A DNA stretch of 64,000 bases from Candidatus Omnitrophota bacterium (GTDB taxonomy: Bacteria; Omnitrophota; Gorgyraeia; Gorgyraeales; Gorgyraeaceae): NCBI GenBank assembly GCA_003485765.1, contig DNHS01000056.1:8064-72063 (forward strand), read 5' to 3'. Positions 1-10,426 of this stretch are shown here, piece after piece. Numbering within the stretch: the first letter of the stretch is position 1; every line of letters begins with the position of its first letter. The notes under the pieces are model-generated. The model did no database searches. It worked only from the letters and a program-made list of their open reading frames with translations, and was not told the DNA's origin. Both the position numbers and the translations under genes were made by a program.

Positions 1-923
1 TGGGGGGTAATAGAGCCTGGTTTTGCAAGGACTTGCCCGCGCTCAATATCAGCTTTTTCAACACCTCTTAAAAGAACTCCTACATTGTCTCCGGCCTGTC
101 CTTCATCAAGAAGTTTTCTGAACATCTCTATGCCTGTAACTACTGTTTTCTTGGGCTTTTCTGTCAAACCTACTATGTCAATATCTTCTCCTATCTTCAC
201 AACGCCTCTTTCTATACGGCCGGTTGCAACTGTTCCGCGGCCTGTGATACTGAATACGTCTTCAACTGCCATTAAGAAAGGTTTTTCAACGTCTCTTTTT
301 GGCATAGAGATATAGGAATCAACCTGTTTCATGAGCTCTAGGATTGGGCCGCATGACTTACATTCATCTTTACCGCAGCCGCAGTTCATTGCGTTAAGGG
401 CCGAGAGTCTTACTATCGGAATCTTGTCCCCGGGAAATTCATATTTTTTAAGGAGGTCTCTTACTTCGAGTTCTACGAGGTCTAATAATTCCGGGTCGTC
501 AACTGCGTCAACTTTATTTAAGGCTACAACTATCGCAGGGACACCTACCTGACGGGCCAGGAGTATATGCTCTCTTGTCTGAGGCATTGGGCCGTCGACA
601 GCAGAGACTACAAGTATTGCCCCGTCCATCTGGGCGGAACCCGTAATCATGTTCTTTATATAATCAGCGTGCCCTGGGCAATCAACGTGAGCGTAATGGC
701 GATTCTCGGTTTCATATTCTGCGTGATGAACGTTAATGGTAACGCCGCGTTCCTTCTCTTCTGGGGCGTTATCGATTTCATCGTAGTTCATTGCTTTGGC
801 TAAGCCGCGGCTAGAAAGAACCTTTGTGATAGCGCTGGTGAGCGTGGTCTTGCCGTGATCAACATGCCCTATGGTGCCGATATTTACGTGTGGTTTTTTA
901 CGCTCAAATTTTTCTTTTGCCAT
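1..923 (-). CDS. tuf: Elongation factor Tu (N-terminal ~307 aa; C-terminus runs off window start)
   Basis: Reverse translation from 923 gives [28 protein letters not shown]... (G1 P-loop). AGGAGG RBS at 928-933 on minus strand. No stop before window edge. Confidence 0.93.
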   Translation of the reverse strand, partial: MAKEKFERKKPHVNIGTIGHVDHGKTTLTSAITKVLSSRGLAKAMNYDEIDNAPEEKERGVTINVHHAEYETENRHYAHVDCPGHADYIKNMITGSAQMDGAILVVSAVDGPMPQTREHILLARQVGVPAIVVALNKVDAVDDPELLDLVELEVRDLLKKYEFPGDKIPIVRLSALNAMNCGCGKDECKSCGPILELMKQVDSYISMPKRDVEKPFLMAVEDVFSITGRGTVATGRIERGVVKIGEDIDIVGLTEKPKKTVVTGIEMFRKLLDEGQAGDNVGVLLRGVEKADIERGQVLAKPGSITP

Positions 924-955
924 GTTAACCCTCCTGATTAAACGTTAATCGACGG

Positions 956-1028
<73 letters not shown>

Positions 1029-1063
1029 ATAAAATGCTGCTATCATGGTATATAGAATTAAGA

Positions 1064-1092
1064 ATTTTACCATATTCTAGCCTATTGTCAAG
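1064..1092 (-). promoter_or_regulatory. sigma70-like promoter (TTGACA-17nt-TAAAAT) upstream of tRNA-Thr(GGU)-tuf
   Basis: Minus-strand TTGACA (1092-1087), 17-nt spacer, TAAAAT (1069-1064), about 35 nt upstream of the tRNA 5' end. Confidence 0.4.
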
Positions 1093-1141
1093 AAAAAAAT
1101 AATATATTTTTATATACTATGAAGGATTTATTCCCTAATCT

Positions 1142-1298
1142 GGAGCTGGCGAGAGGAATCGGCGCTTTGTCCTTCGGACAAAGTCGGCCACTCGCTTTGC
1201 TTACGCTACTCCTATTTGTCGCAGCTTTTCCTCGCTTCGCTCGGCGCAAAGCTCACTTCGATTCCTCTTTACATATTCGGAGCTGGCGAGAGGAATCG
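1142..1298 (-). repeat. 20-nt direct repeat of the tRNA-Thr(UGU) 3' end (1142-1161 and 1279-1298) flanking a 117-bp hairpin-rich insert
   Basis: GGAGCTGGCGAGAGGAATCG occurs twice. The second copy is the true T-arm/acceptor 3' half of the tRNA at 1281-1352. The intervening sequence contains inverted repeats (GAGGAATCG...CGATTCCTC; CTTTGTCCTTCGGACAAAG). Confidence 0.6.
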
Positions 1299-1352
1299 AA
1301 CCTCCAACCTATGGTTTACAAAACCATTGCTCTGCCGTTGAGCTACGCCAGC
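1281..1352 (-). tRNA. tRNA-Thr (anticodon UGU)
   Basis: GCTGGCG acceptor, anticodon stem ATGGT/ACCAT with loop TTTGTAA, GGTTCGATTCC T-arm. Confidence 0.85.
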
Positions 1353-1375
1353 GAAATTTGCGAAACAAAATTCGG

Positions 1376-1446
1376 AGCGGGTGAACGGGATCGAACCGTC
1401 GTAACTAGCTTGGAAGGCTAGCGCTCTACCATTGAGCTACACCCGC
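1376..1446 (-). tRNA. tRNA-Gly (anticodon UCC)
   Basis: GCGGGTG acceptor, anticodon loop CTTCCAA, GGTTCGATCCC T-arm. Confidence 0.85.
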
Positions 1447-1454
1447 ATAGTAGA

Positions 1455-2394
<940 letters not shown>

Positions 2395-2423
<29 letters not shown>

Positions 2424-2778
2424 TGCTGACTGCGTAATTATTCGTATGAGACATGCTGACTATTATCTTGTTTAGTTTATTCTTGTTTGCAAATCTCCTG
2501 GCTTCCTCGTGTAATATCACTTCCGGCTTGCCTTTTGAATCATTCAGGACTTCTATATTTTTTAAGTTTACACCCACCCTTGTATCCCCGAATGCCTTTA
2601 AGACTGCTTCTTTACAGGCAAACCTCGCAGCCAAATTTTCATGCGGAAATTTTTTCTTGTTCGCATAAGAAAGTTCCCGCTTGGTAAAAACCCTGTTCAG
2701 GAATTTATCGCCCCAGATATCCAAAGCTTTTTTTACCCGCGATACCTCTATTATATCAATTCCGGTTCCTATAATCAT
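2395..2778 (-). CDS. acpS: Holo-[acyl-carrier-protein] synthase
   Basis: 127 aa. MIIGTGIDIIEVSRV... is the typical AcpS N-terminus with the GxD motif. Confidence 0.85.
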
Positions 2779-2802
2779 TTCAATCTCTCCAGCAACCCGC
2801 CA

Positions 2803-2837
2803 ATGTTACAAAACGAGTATGGCTTGTTTTGTAACAT
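2803..2837. repeat. 35-bp palindromic intergenic element, copy 1 (ATGTTACAAAAC-gagtatggctt-GTTTTGTAACAT)
   Basis: 12-bp perfect inverted arms with an 11-nt loop. The same element is at 9219-9252, 24231-24263 and 43632-43666. Confidence 0.8.
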
Positions 2838-3550
2838 TAGGAGCACAATGCCTTCATATCCTGAACTGCTTGGCACAATCCTGTAAACACAGCTCGAGAT
2901 ATTATCGAATGGCCGATATTTAGTTCGTTTATGCCTTTAATATCAGCTATTGGTTTAACATTCATATAATTAAGGCCGTGTCCTGCGTTTACAATAATGT
3001 CTCTGGACATTGCGTACTCAGCCGAATCTTTTATTTTCTTAAACTCTCTGGCCATAGACTTCTTGTCTTTCGCCAGGCTATACTCTCCTGTATGTATTTC
3101 TATAGTGCCTATACCTATATATATAGCAGAACGGATTTCGTTCTTGTCAGGCCCAATAAAAACACTTACGTCTATGCCTTTTTTATTGAATAATGCCGTT
3201 ATTTTAGCCAGCTTTTTTTCAAATTTTATAACGCTTAACCCGCCTTCTGTTGTAAGTTCCTGCCTTTTTTCAGGCACTAGAGTAACTTGATCAGGCCCAA
3301 GCTTCAAGGCAATATCCACTATCTCCGGATTTATTGACATCTCAAGATTAAACCTTGTATTTATTCTCTTTCTTAACTCAAAGACATCCCTGTCGTTTAT
3401 GTGCCGCCTGTCTTCCCTTAGATGCGCAACAATACTGTCGCAACCTGCCTTCTCGCATATCAAAGCAGCTTCAATAGTGTCAGGTTCGATCCCTCCTCTG
3501 GCCTGCCTTAAAGTTGCAACGTGATCTATGTTGACTCCTAACTTAGGCAT
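2837..3550 (-). CDS. pdxJ: Pyridoxine 5'-phosphate synthase
   Basis: 237 aa. MPKLGVNIDHVATLRQARGG...EDRRHI... are PdxJ signature residues. Confidence 0.9.
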   Translation of the reverse strand: MPKLGVNIDHVATLRQARGGIEPDTIEAALICEKAGCDSIVAHLREDRRHINDRDVFELRKRINTRFNLEMSINPEIVDIALKLGPDQVTLVPEKRQELTTEGGLSVIKFEKKLAKITALFNKKGIDVSVFIGPDKNEIRSAIYIGIGTIEIHTGEYSLAKDKKSMAREFKKIKDSAEYAMSRDIIVNAGHGLNYMNVKPIADIKGINELNIGHSIISRAVFTGLCQAVQDMKALCS

Positions 3551-3576
3551 TTTCTTTTTTTCTCCTGAAAATATTT

Positions 3577-3759
3577 TTATTTCACTGGCTTTTTATTATA
3601 GGGCGGATTTTGAATCTGACTTATAACCGAAGATTTATATAATTGCTTGACCATCTTTTTTTCTTTGATCAGCTCTTCGTTAACATAAAACCACGTTATT
3701 ACAGCAAGTGTCAGCGATACTATCTTTATCCAGAAATTATTTATTATCCAATTATTCAT
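3577..3759 (-). CDS. Hypothetical small membrane protein (60 aa)
   Basis: Single predicted TM helix (IVSLTLAVITWFYV). Fits exactly between cdaA and pdxJ on the same strand. No recognisable family. Confidence 0.3.
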   Translation of the reverse strand: MNNWIINNFWIKIVSLTLAVITWFYVNEELIKEKKMVKQLYKSSVISQIQNPPYNKKPVK

Positions 3760-3760
3760 A

Positions 3761-4519
3761 TTATTTCCTATTTTTCTTATCCGGCCTGTAAAGATTACTC
3801 AGAACTCTCTCCAGAGATTCTCTGTCCAGATCATGTGTAAGCCTGCCGCCTATTGCTACAGAAACCCCGCCTGTTTCTTCAGACACAACAACTACTATAG
3901 CGTCGGTCTCCTCGCTCAAACCAAGAGCTGCCCTGTGCCTTGTGCCAAGGGTCGTTAAAACCTTTGGATTCTGCGTAAGCGGAAAAAGACATCCTGAAGC
4001 AGCTATCCTTTCTCCTGCAACAACTATACCTCCGTCGTGAAGCGGGGTATTCGGCATGAATATAGTTATTAAAAGCTCTGAATTCACTTTTGCATCTATC
4101 TCTATGCCGCTTTCTATATAATTTTCAAGCCTCGTCTCTCTTTCGATAGCAATAAGCGCTCCTATCTTTTTCTTGGATAGCAAAAAACACGCTGTGGTTA
4201 TTTCACTTATTATCTCTGACTCTTTGAGGAAAAATCTGGACCACCTGCGCTGCCCTATGTTAGCAAGACCCCTTCTTATCTCTTGCTGGAATATTATAAG
4301 AAATGCCAATATAGACAATGCGAATATTTTTGTAAATATCCAGTTTATCCTCTCGAACCCAAGCTGCCTGGTAATGATAAATATCAGAGTTATTAAAATC
4401 ACGCCTCTTAAAATATATACGCCCCTGGTGCCTCTTGCAAACAGTAAAATACCATAATACACAAACCACAATATGCCTATCTCTATTAATATCTTGGCTA
4501 ACGATAGGTAATCATTCAT
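3761..4519 (-). CDS. cdaA: Diadenylate cyclase (c-di-AMP synthase), membrane-anchored CdaA/DacA type
   Basis: 252 aa. N-terminal TM helices plus DAC domain motifs (GALIAIERET..., FMPNTPLHDGGIVVAG, RHRAALGLSEETDA). Confidence 0.85.
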   Translation of the reverse strand: MNDYLSLAKILIEIGILWFVYYGILLFARGTRGVYILRGVILITLIFIITRQLGFERINWIFTKIFALSILAFLIIFQQEIRRGLANIGQRRWSRFFLKESEIISEITTACFLLSKKKIGALIAIERETRLENYIESGIEIDAKVNSELLITIFMPNTPLHDGGIVVAGERIAASGCLFPLTQNPKVLTTLGTRHRAALGLSEETDAIVVVVSEETGGVSVAIGGRLTHDLDRESLERVLSNLYRPDKKNRK

Positions 4520-5343
4520 TATTTTTCTCCGTTACGGCTAATTGCATCGGCAACCATAACAACCTGCTTCATTTCTTTAACGTCATGCACCCTTACTATA
4601 TCTGCGCCGTTTTTGATTGCTATAGCTACTGACGCTGCTGTGCCGAATTGCCTTTTATCAGATTTAGCTCCCGTGAGTTTTCCTATAAAAGACTTTCTCG
4701 AAGTTCCGATGAGTACAGGCAGCTTAAATTCTTTAAATTCAGAGAGCCTGTTTAAAATCTGAAGATTATGCTCTAGTGTTTTTCCAAATCCAATTCCAGG
4801 ATCTATTATTATATTTTCTTTTTTTATGCCCCTTATTATTGATTTTTCAATAATAATTTTTAGCTTCTCTTTAATTTCCTGAACCACATTCCCATAATTC
4901 GGGCTATGTTGCATTGTTTGTGGAGTGCCTTTTATATGCATCAGCACAACCTTTGCATTAAATCCCTTAGCCACATCTATAATTTCAGGATCCGACTCCA
5001 AACCTGTTATATCGTTTACTATTGATGCCCCGTTTTCTAACGCAAGCCTGGCAACCTCTGACTTGGCTGTATCTATTGAAATAGGAACGCTTATTCTTTT
5101 TGACAATCTTTTGATAATAGGTATTGTCCTTTTTATCTCTTCTTCAGTTGTAACAGGCTCTGCGCCTGGCCTGGTAGATTCGCCTCCTATGTCAATTATA
5201 TCAGCCCCGTCTTCAACCATCCCTTCTGCTATACTGACTGCTCTATCTACATCTTGATATATGCCGTCTCCGCTAAAAGAATCAGGCGTGACATTCAGTA
5301 TCCCCATTATATAAGTACGGGAACCAAATTTAAAATCTGTCAT
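4519..5343 (-). CDS. folP: Dihydropteroate synthase
   Basis: 274 aa. GILNVTPDSFSGDG...DIIDIGGESTRPG... pterin-binding motifs. Confidence 0.9.
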   Translation of the reverse strand: MTDFKFGSRTYIMGILNVTPDSFSGDGIYQDVDRAVSIAEGMVEDGADIIDIGGESTRPGAEPVTTEEEIKRTIPIIKRLSKRISVPISIDTAKSEVARLALENGASIVNDITGLESDPEIIDVAKGFNAKVVLMHIKGTPQTMQHSPNYGNVVQEIKEKLKIIIEKSIIRGIKKENIIIDPGIGFGKTLEHNLQILNRLSEFKEFKLPVLIGTSRKSFIGKLTGAKSDKRQFGTAASVAIAIKNGADIVRVHDVKEMKQVVMVADAISRNGEK

Positions 5344-7181
5344 ACTTGCGCAGGAAAAACTATCTTTTTTACCTCTTCCGAATCCAATACCTCTTTTTCA
5401 AGCAATGTTTCAGCAAGGGCTTTTAATTTTTCAACATTAGCTGTTAATTCATCTTTTGCCCGCTTATAGCACTCTTCTATGATTTTGCGTATCTCTTTAT
5501 CTATTTCCACAGCTGTTGCTTCGCTGTAATTTCTTTCTTCCACAATATCGCGGCCAAGAAATATCTGATCTTCTCTCCTCCCAAAAGTAAGATTTCCAAG
5601 TTTCTCGCTCATGCCCCATCTCATTACCATATCCCTGGCAATATCAGTAGATTTTTCTAAATCGTCTTGAGCGCCCGTTGAAAGCTCCCCGAACACAAGA
5701 TCCTCGCTGGCCCTGCCGCCCAATATGCCAACTATCCTTCCTATCAGTTCTTTTTTAGTCACGATGTATCTATCTTCCAAAGGCAGCCTCATCGTGTAAC
5801 CAAGCGCAATGCCCCTTGGTATAATAGAAACTTTATGCAAAGGGTCAGCTCCTGGTATCAGAAGCGCTAAAAGCGCATGGCCTGATTCATGATACGAAAC
5901 TATTTTTTTCTCCTCTAGGTTTATAACTCTTGTCTTTTTTTCAGGCCCTGCAATAACTCTTTCAATAGACTCTCCTAATTCTTTCATCTCCACATTCTCT
6001 TTATTTCTCCTCGCAGCCAAAAGAGCAGCCTCGTTCACAAGATTAGCAAGGTCTGCCCCTGAAAAACCAGATGTCTGCCTTGCAATGTATTTAAGGTCAG
6101 CGTCTTTGTTGAGCTTAATGCCTTTTGTGTGAACTTTCAATATCGCTTCTCTGCCTATGATATCAGGCCTGGAGATAACTATTGTTCTGTCAAATCTCCC
6201 TGGCCTTAACAATGCCGGGTCCAGAACATCAGGCCTGTTGGTAGCTGCTATCAGTATAACGCCTTCCTGTGTATCGAATCCATCCATCTCTACAAGAAGC
6301 GCGTTCAAAGTCTGTTCCCGTTCGTCGTGGCCACCGCCTATTCCTGCGAACCTCTGCCTTCCTACTGCATCTATTTCATCAATAAAAATAATGCATCCTC
6401 TGCCGCTTATCTTTGCAGAGCGTTTGGCTTGCTCAAAAAGATCTCTTACTCTGGAGGCGCCTACGCCCACAAACATCTCTACGAAATCAGAACCGCTTAT
6501 GTTGAAAAATGGCACACCTGCTTCGCCGCTCACTGCCTTTGCTAGAAGGGTTTTTCCCGTGCCAGGGGGCCCCATCAATAAAACGCCTTTAGGAATCTTG
6601 CCGCCTAATTTCTGGAACCTCTTAGGATCTTTTAAAAATTCTATAATCTCCTTCAATTCTTCTTTTGCTTCGTCAACCCCGGCAACATTATCAAATGTTA
6701 TTTTTAATTTATCGCCTGCTATTTGTTTTGCGCGACTTTTCCCAAACGAAAGTATTTTGCCTCCTCCCTGCGCACCTCTATATACAAAAAACCACAGGAA
6801 TCCTATGAATAAAAGCATTGGCCCAAGTGAATAAAAAAGATTTGTCCACAACGTCTTTGGAGGTTTAACATCAAAATCAGGCACATTGTTACGTAATAAA
6901 TTTAAAAGCTCAGGATCTTCCTGGGGTATATGCACTGTAAAACGCGCTCCGCTGGAAAACGTGCCTTTGAGCTCATCCTCCATTTTTACAACAGACTTAA
7001 TGGCCACTGTTTGTTTATTGCCTTGTAATAGCCTGTAAAATTCACCGTAACTCAGCTCTTTTGGAAGCGAAGCTTGGGAGAAAGAATCCATCCTGAATAT
7101 ATATATAAGAAGCAAAAACAGCCCTACCCATAATAAAATATTCTTATTAACTTTATTCCCGCCTTTATTTTCCATTTTCAT
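5340..7181 (-). CDS. ftsH: ATP-dependent zinc metalloprotease FtsH
   Basis: 613 aa. N-terminal TM region, AAA Walker [14 protein letters not shown], second region of homology, HEAGH zinc motif (HESGHAL). Confidence 0.95.
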   Translation of the reverse strand: MKMENKGGNKVNKNILLWVGLFLLLIYIFRMDSFSQASLPKELSYGEFYRLLQGNKQTVAIKSVVKMEDELKGTFSSGARFTVHIPQEDPELLNLLRNNVPDFDVKPPKTLWTNLFYSLGPMLLFIGFLWFFVYRGAQGGGKILSFGKSRAKQIAGDKLKITFDNVAGVDEAKEELKEIIEFLKDPKRFQKLGGKIPKGVLLMGPPGTGKTLLAKAVSGEAGVPFFNISGSDFVEMFVGVGASRVRDLFEQAKRSAKISGRGCIIFIDEIDAVGRQRFAGIGGGHDEREQTLNALLVEMDGFDTQEGVILIAATNRPDVLDPALLRPGRFDRTIVISRPDIIGREAILKVHTKGIKLNKDADLKYIARQTSGFSGADLANLVNEAALLAARRNKENVEMKELGESIERVIAGPEKKTRVINLEEKKIVSYHESGHALLALLIPGADPLHKVSIIPRGIALGYTMRLPLEDRYIVTKKELIGRIVGILGGRASEDLVFGELSTGAQDDLEKSTDIARDMVMRWGMSEKLGNLTFGRREDQIFLGRDIVEERNYSEATAVEIDKEIRKIIEECYKRAKDELTANVEKLKALAETLLEKEVLDSEEVKKIVFPAQV

Positions 7182-7229
7182 ACATCTCCTAAATTAGATA
7201 CATATATTACCACAACTTATTTGAATAAA

Positions 7230-8237
7230 TCAACTTTTTATTAATTTCAAGACAATATTTGTTCTATCTTTTGCAACACTTATGCCTGCTGGTAAGTTAA
7301 CTATTGAGTTCGCAGGCCTGTTATTAATTAAATCTTCCATTTCCTTCCAGTGCTGATACGTAAATCTTCTCAGGTCACCCTTGAATTCTTCCAGGGCAGC
7401 CCTTAAAATTCTTTTTCTTATAGCTTCTGGCTGCTTTTTAAATTTCTTGATATCTATTAGAATCTCTTCCTGCCTGACTTTCGACACGCTCTTAAATTTT
7501 CTATTTGCATATTTAATTAGAAATTCATTCTCCACTTGTAAGTTCTCTGCCATATTAGCAAGGACTTCCTTGATATTAGAATTAAAATCTTTTTCCAAAA
7601 GAGGTATTAATTCCAGCCTGATTTTATTTCTTGTAAAGATAGTTTTCTCGTTCGAAGAATCTTTTCTGAATTCAAGGCCTGTTTCTGAAATAAAAGCCTC
7701 CACATCTTTTCTGGATATTTCTATAAGCGGCCTTATTATTTTAAACCCCTGCATATCTTTAACAGGGCTAATCCCTCCCAAGCCTTTCATGCCAGCTCCT
7801 CTTATTATCCTCATAAGAACTGTCTCAGCCTGATCATCCCTTGTATGGCCAACTGCTATTTTATCCACGCCTCTTTCTTTTGCAACCCGCTTAAAAAAAT
7901 CATATCTCTCAAACCTTGCAGCCTCTTCTGGAGAAATCCCTTTTTCCTTACTAATCCTTGGGACATCTATTTCTTCCCAAGCAATTTCAAGACTGTATTT
8001 TTTCGCAAGCTCTTCGCAAAATTTCCTGTCAGCTCTGGATTCTTCTCCTCTAAACCTGTGGTCCAAGTGAGCAATCAATATGGTTAATGAATATTCTTTC
8101 TTCAGATCGCATAACACATGAAGCAGGGTAACTGAATCAGGCCCTCCCGAAAGACCTACCAGAACACTATCATTTTTCTTTAACATATTATATTTTTTTA
8201 TGGTGGATTTAACTTTGTCTAGAAAAGTGGCAGGCAT
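7230..8237 (-). CDS. tilS: tRNA(Ile)-lysidine synthetase
   Basis: 335 aa. PP-loop SGGPDS near the N-terminus. Typical tilS-ftsH synteny. Confidence 0.85.
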   Translation of the reverse strand: MPATFLDKVKSTIKKYNMLKKNDSVLVGLSGGPDSVTLLHVLCDLKKEYSLTILIAHLDHRFRGEESRADRKFCEELAKKYSLEIAWEEIDVPRISKEKGISPEEAARFERYDFFKRVAKERGVDKIAVGHTRDDQAETVLMRIIRGAGMKGLGGISPVKDMQGFKIIRPLIEISRKDVEAFISETGLEFRKDSSNEKTIFTRNKIRLELIPLLEKDFNSNIKEVLANMAENLQVENEFLIKYANRKFKSVSKVRQEEILIDIKKFKKQPEAIRKRILRAALEEFKGDLRRFTYQHWKEMEDLINNRPANSIVNLPAGISVAKDRTNIVLKLIKS

Positions 8238-8250
8238 TATATTTTTGTAA

Positions 8251-8327
8251 TGGTAGCGGCGAGTGGATTTGAACCACTGACACGCCGGGTATGAGCCGAC
8301 TGCTCTGCCAGGCTGAGCTACGCCGCC
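8251..8327 (-). tRNA. tRNA with CAU anticodon (elongator Met or Ile2/lysidine substrate), CCA encoded
   Basis: GGCGGCGTAGCTCAGCCTGGCAGAGCAGTCGGCTCATACCCGGC...GGTTCAAATCC...CGCCGCTACCA. Immediately upstream of and co-oriented with tilS. Confidence 0.8.
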
Positions 8328-8392
8328 AAATTTTACGAAGTAAAATTTGATCCTGAGGCTGCGACTGAATAAGGAGCAGCTGAAGGACCTTC

Positions 8393-9193
8393 TTACCTCA
8401 ACACTTCATTCAAGCTTCCAGTCCTATATCCTTCTAAATCCAGCGTAATATACTTAAACTCAAGCTGTTTTAAATGTTTTGTTATTTTATCACAAAATTT
8501 TTTATTCACAAACCTTTTTATATCCTCTTTTTCTACTTCAATTCTTGCAACATTGCCATGATAACGAACCCTTACTTGAGTTATGCCCTGCCTTTTTATA
8601 AAATCTTCCGCTGCCTCTATTTTTACTAACGTCTTTTTATTTATCTTTTCGCCATATGGGAATCTGGAAGCCAAGCATGCCATTGAAGGCAGCATAGCGG
8701 TCTCTAATTTTAATTTCGTAGAATATCTTCTTATATCATATTTTGAAAACCCTGCTTCCATAAGAGGGCTTCTTATCCCTAACTCCTTTTTTGCTATACT
8801 GCCGGGCCTATAATCCTTTGCATCGTCTGTATTTGATGCGTCCAGCACATAGTTAAAACCCTGCTTTCTTGCTATTTCATTTAGTTTGCAGAATAATTCT
8901 TTCTTGCAATAATAACATCTATTAATTGGATTCTTTGTAAAATTTTTATTTTTAAGCTCATCTGTAAAGATTATTTTGTGCCTTGCTCCTAGCTTTTTTG
9001 CAAATCTCTTTGCCTGTTTAAGCTCAGAGCTGGTATATGTCTCTGAAACAGCTGTTACAGCCAGGACATTCCCATCCTGCAAAATATCCTTTGCCATCTT
9101 AAGCAAAAAACTACTATCCACCCCTCCTGAAAACGCCACAACGACCCTGCCCATTCCCATCAAAATCTTCTTCAATCTCTCTAATTTACCCAA
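8393..9193 (-). CDS. PP-loop ATP pyrophosphatase, LarE/TIGR00268-type sulfur transferase family
   Basis: 266 aa. SGGVDSS PP-loop and a conserved Cys segment (MACLASRFPYG) typical of LarE-like proteins. Confidence 0.6.
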   Translation of the reverse strand: MGKLERLKKILMGMGRVVVAFSGGVDSSFLLKMAKDILQDGNVLAVTAVSETYTSSELKQAKRFAKKLGARHKIIFTDELKNKNFTKNPINRCYYCKKELFCKLNEIARKQGFNYVLDASNTDDAKDYRPGSIAKKELGIRSPLMEAGFSKYDIRRYSTKLKLETAMLPSMACLASRFPYGEKINKKTLVKIEAAEDFIKRQGITQVRVRYHGNVARIEVEKEDIKRFVNKKFCDKITKHLKQLEFKYITLDLEGYRTGSLNEVLR

Positions 9194-9218
9194 ATCGCCA
9201 TCCTTTTATCCCCCCCCC

Positions 9219-9252
9219 ATGTTACAAAACGAGTATGACTTGTTTTGTAACA
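9219..9252. repeat. 35-bp palindromic intergenic element, copy 2
   Basis: ATGTTACAAAACgagtatgacttGTTTTGTAACA, between larE-like and mnmA. Confidence 0.8.
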
Positions 9253-9268
9253 GGCACGAATTGTAAAG

Positions 9269-10426
9269 TTACGATAATATTTTGTCGATCCAGCCGCCGC
9301 CTGAGACATATTCTCCATCATAAAAAACAGCTGCTTGTCCTGGCGTTATTGCGCTTTGTGGCTCTTTAAAATCTACTTCTGCAATATTGCCGCCTAAATC
9401 CTTTACGTAAGCCCAAGCCTTTTTATGATTATATCTTATCTTCACCTCTAAATCTTTTTCTTTTTCAGTATCCTTTGCCAGCCAGTTGATTTTCTTCACC
9501 AGAAATCTTTTTTTCTTAACATCTTCCGCGGCTCCGACAACAATAATATTATGCTTAGGCCTTATTTCTGTAACATAAAGAGGTTCTTTGGCGGCTATGC
9601 CAAGCCCTCTGCGCTGGCCTATTGTAAAATTCCAGAAACCCATATGATTTCCAAGCGCCTTGCCAGATCTATCTATTATATTGCCTTTCTGAGGCTTTAT
9701 ATTTCTATACTTTTTTATAAAATCAGAATAATTATTATCAGGAACAAAACATATCTCCTGACTATCAGGCTTATCGTATATGTTAAGCTCTAATTCCTTT
9801 GCTTTACGCCTGATATCATCCTTTGTAAAATTTCCTATCGGAAATAGTATTTTTTTCAACTGGCTTTGTTTCAGGCAAAATAAAACATAAGATTGGTCTT
9901 TTGCTTTATCAACAGATTCTCTCAGCCCATAAGAACCATTTATACATTCGCCCGCCACAGAAACCAATGGCGGGCTCAGTATTCCGCCCAAGGAACCCCG
10001 GGCATTAGCCCGGGTGGGCTCCATTTCTATCCTGGCATAATGTCCTGTTGCAATAAAATTACAGCCTAGGCCAATTGCTTTTTTAAGCAGACTGCCGAAC
10101 TTTATTTTTTCGTTGCAAACAATACATGGATTAGGGGTTTTGCCTGCTAAATATTCTTTTACAAAATAGTCTATTACATTCTTTTGGAAGTCCGCTTCAA
10201 GATTTAAAACATAATGTTTTATGCCGAGGACTCTTGAAACCTTTCTTGCGTCTTCTATATCTTTTAATGAGCAGCACGCCTTTTCTTTTTCCTTGCCGCA
10301 TAACTCCTTCGGCCAAACCTTCATGGTGGCGCCTATGACTTCATATCCAGCTTCATTCAGAATAGCTGCTGCCACAGAGCTGTCCACCCCGCCACTCATC
10401 GCAACTAGTACTCGCTTATTCTTCAT
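9269..10426 (-). CDS. mnmA: tRNA-specific 2-thiouridylase
   Basis: 385 aa. VLVAMSGGVDSSVAA PP-loop, catalytic Cys residues, C-terminal beta-barrel region. Confidence 0.9.
   Translation of the reverse strand: MKNKRVLVAMSGGVDSSVAAAILNEAGYEVIGATMKVWPKELCGKEKEKACCSLKDIEDARKVSRVLGIKHYVLNLEADFQKNVIDYFVKEYLAGKTPNPCIVCNEKIKFGSLLKKAIGLGCNFIATGHYARIEMEPTRANARGSLGGILSPPLVSVAGECINGSYGLRESVDKAKDQSYVLFCLKQSQLKKILFPIGNFTKDDIRRKAKELELNIYDKPDSQEICFVPDNNYSDFIKKYRNIKPQKGNIIDRSGKALGNHMGFWNFTIGQRRGLGIAAKEPLYVTEIRPKHNIIVVGAAEDVKKKRFLVKKINWLAKDTEKEKDLEVKIRYNHKKAWAYVKDLGGNIAEVDFKEPQSAITPGQAAVFYDGEYVSGGGWIDKILS

Noticed and set aside
1142-1298. Integrated prophage or genomic island at tRNA-Thr
   Set aside because: The segment between the tRNA 3'-end direct repeats is only 117 bp and encodes nothing. 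At most it is a scar or remnant, not an island.
6157-6834. 225-aa plus-strand ORF (and many other 60-160-aa plus-strand ORFs, e.g. 7381-7833, 11377-11868, 38742-39251, 39866-40429, 50204-50617)
   Set aside because: All lie antisense to well-supported minus-strand genes (ftsH, tilS, birA, rimO, rodZ-like, the rSAM gene). They are low-complexity or Ser/Leu-rich with no recognisable domains, which is typical for shadow ORFs in AT-rich DNA.
8331-8392. Possible hairpin/terminator between the larE-like gene and tRNA(CAU)
   Set aside because: Only short imperfect inverted repeats (GGCTGC...GCAGCT) with no U-run. It is not convincing.
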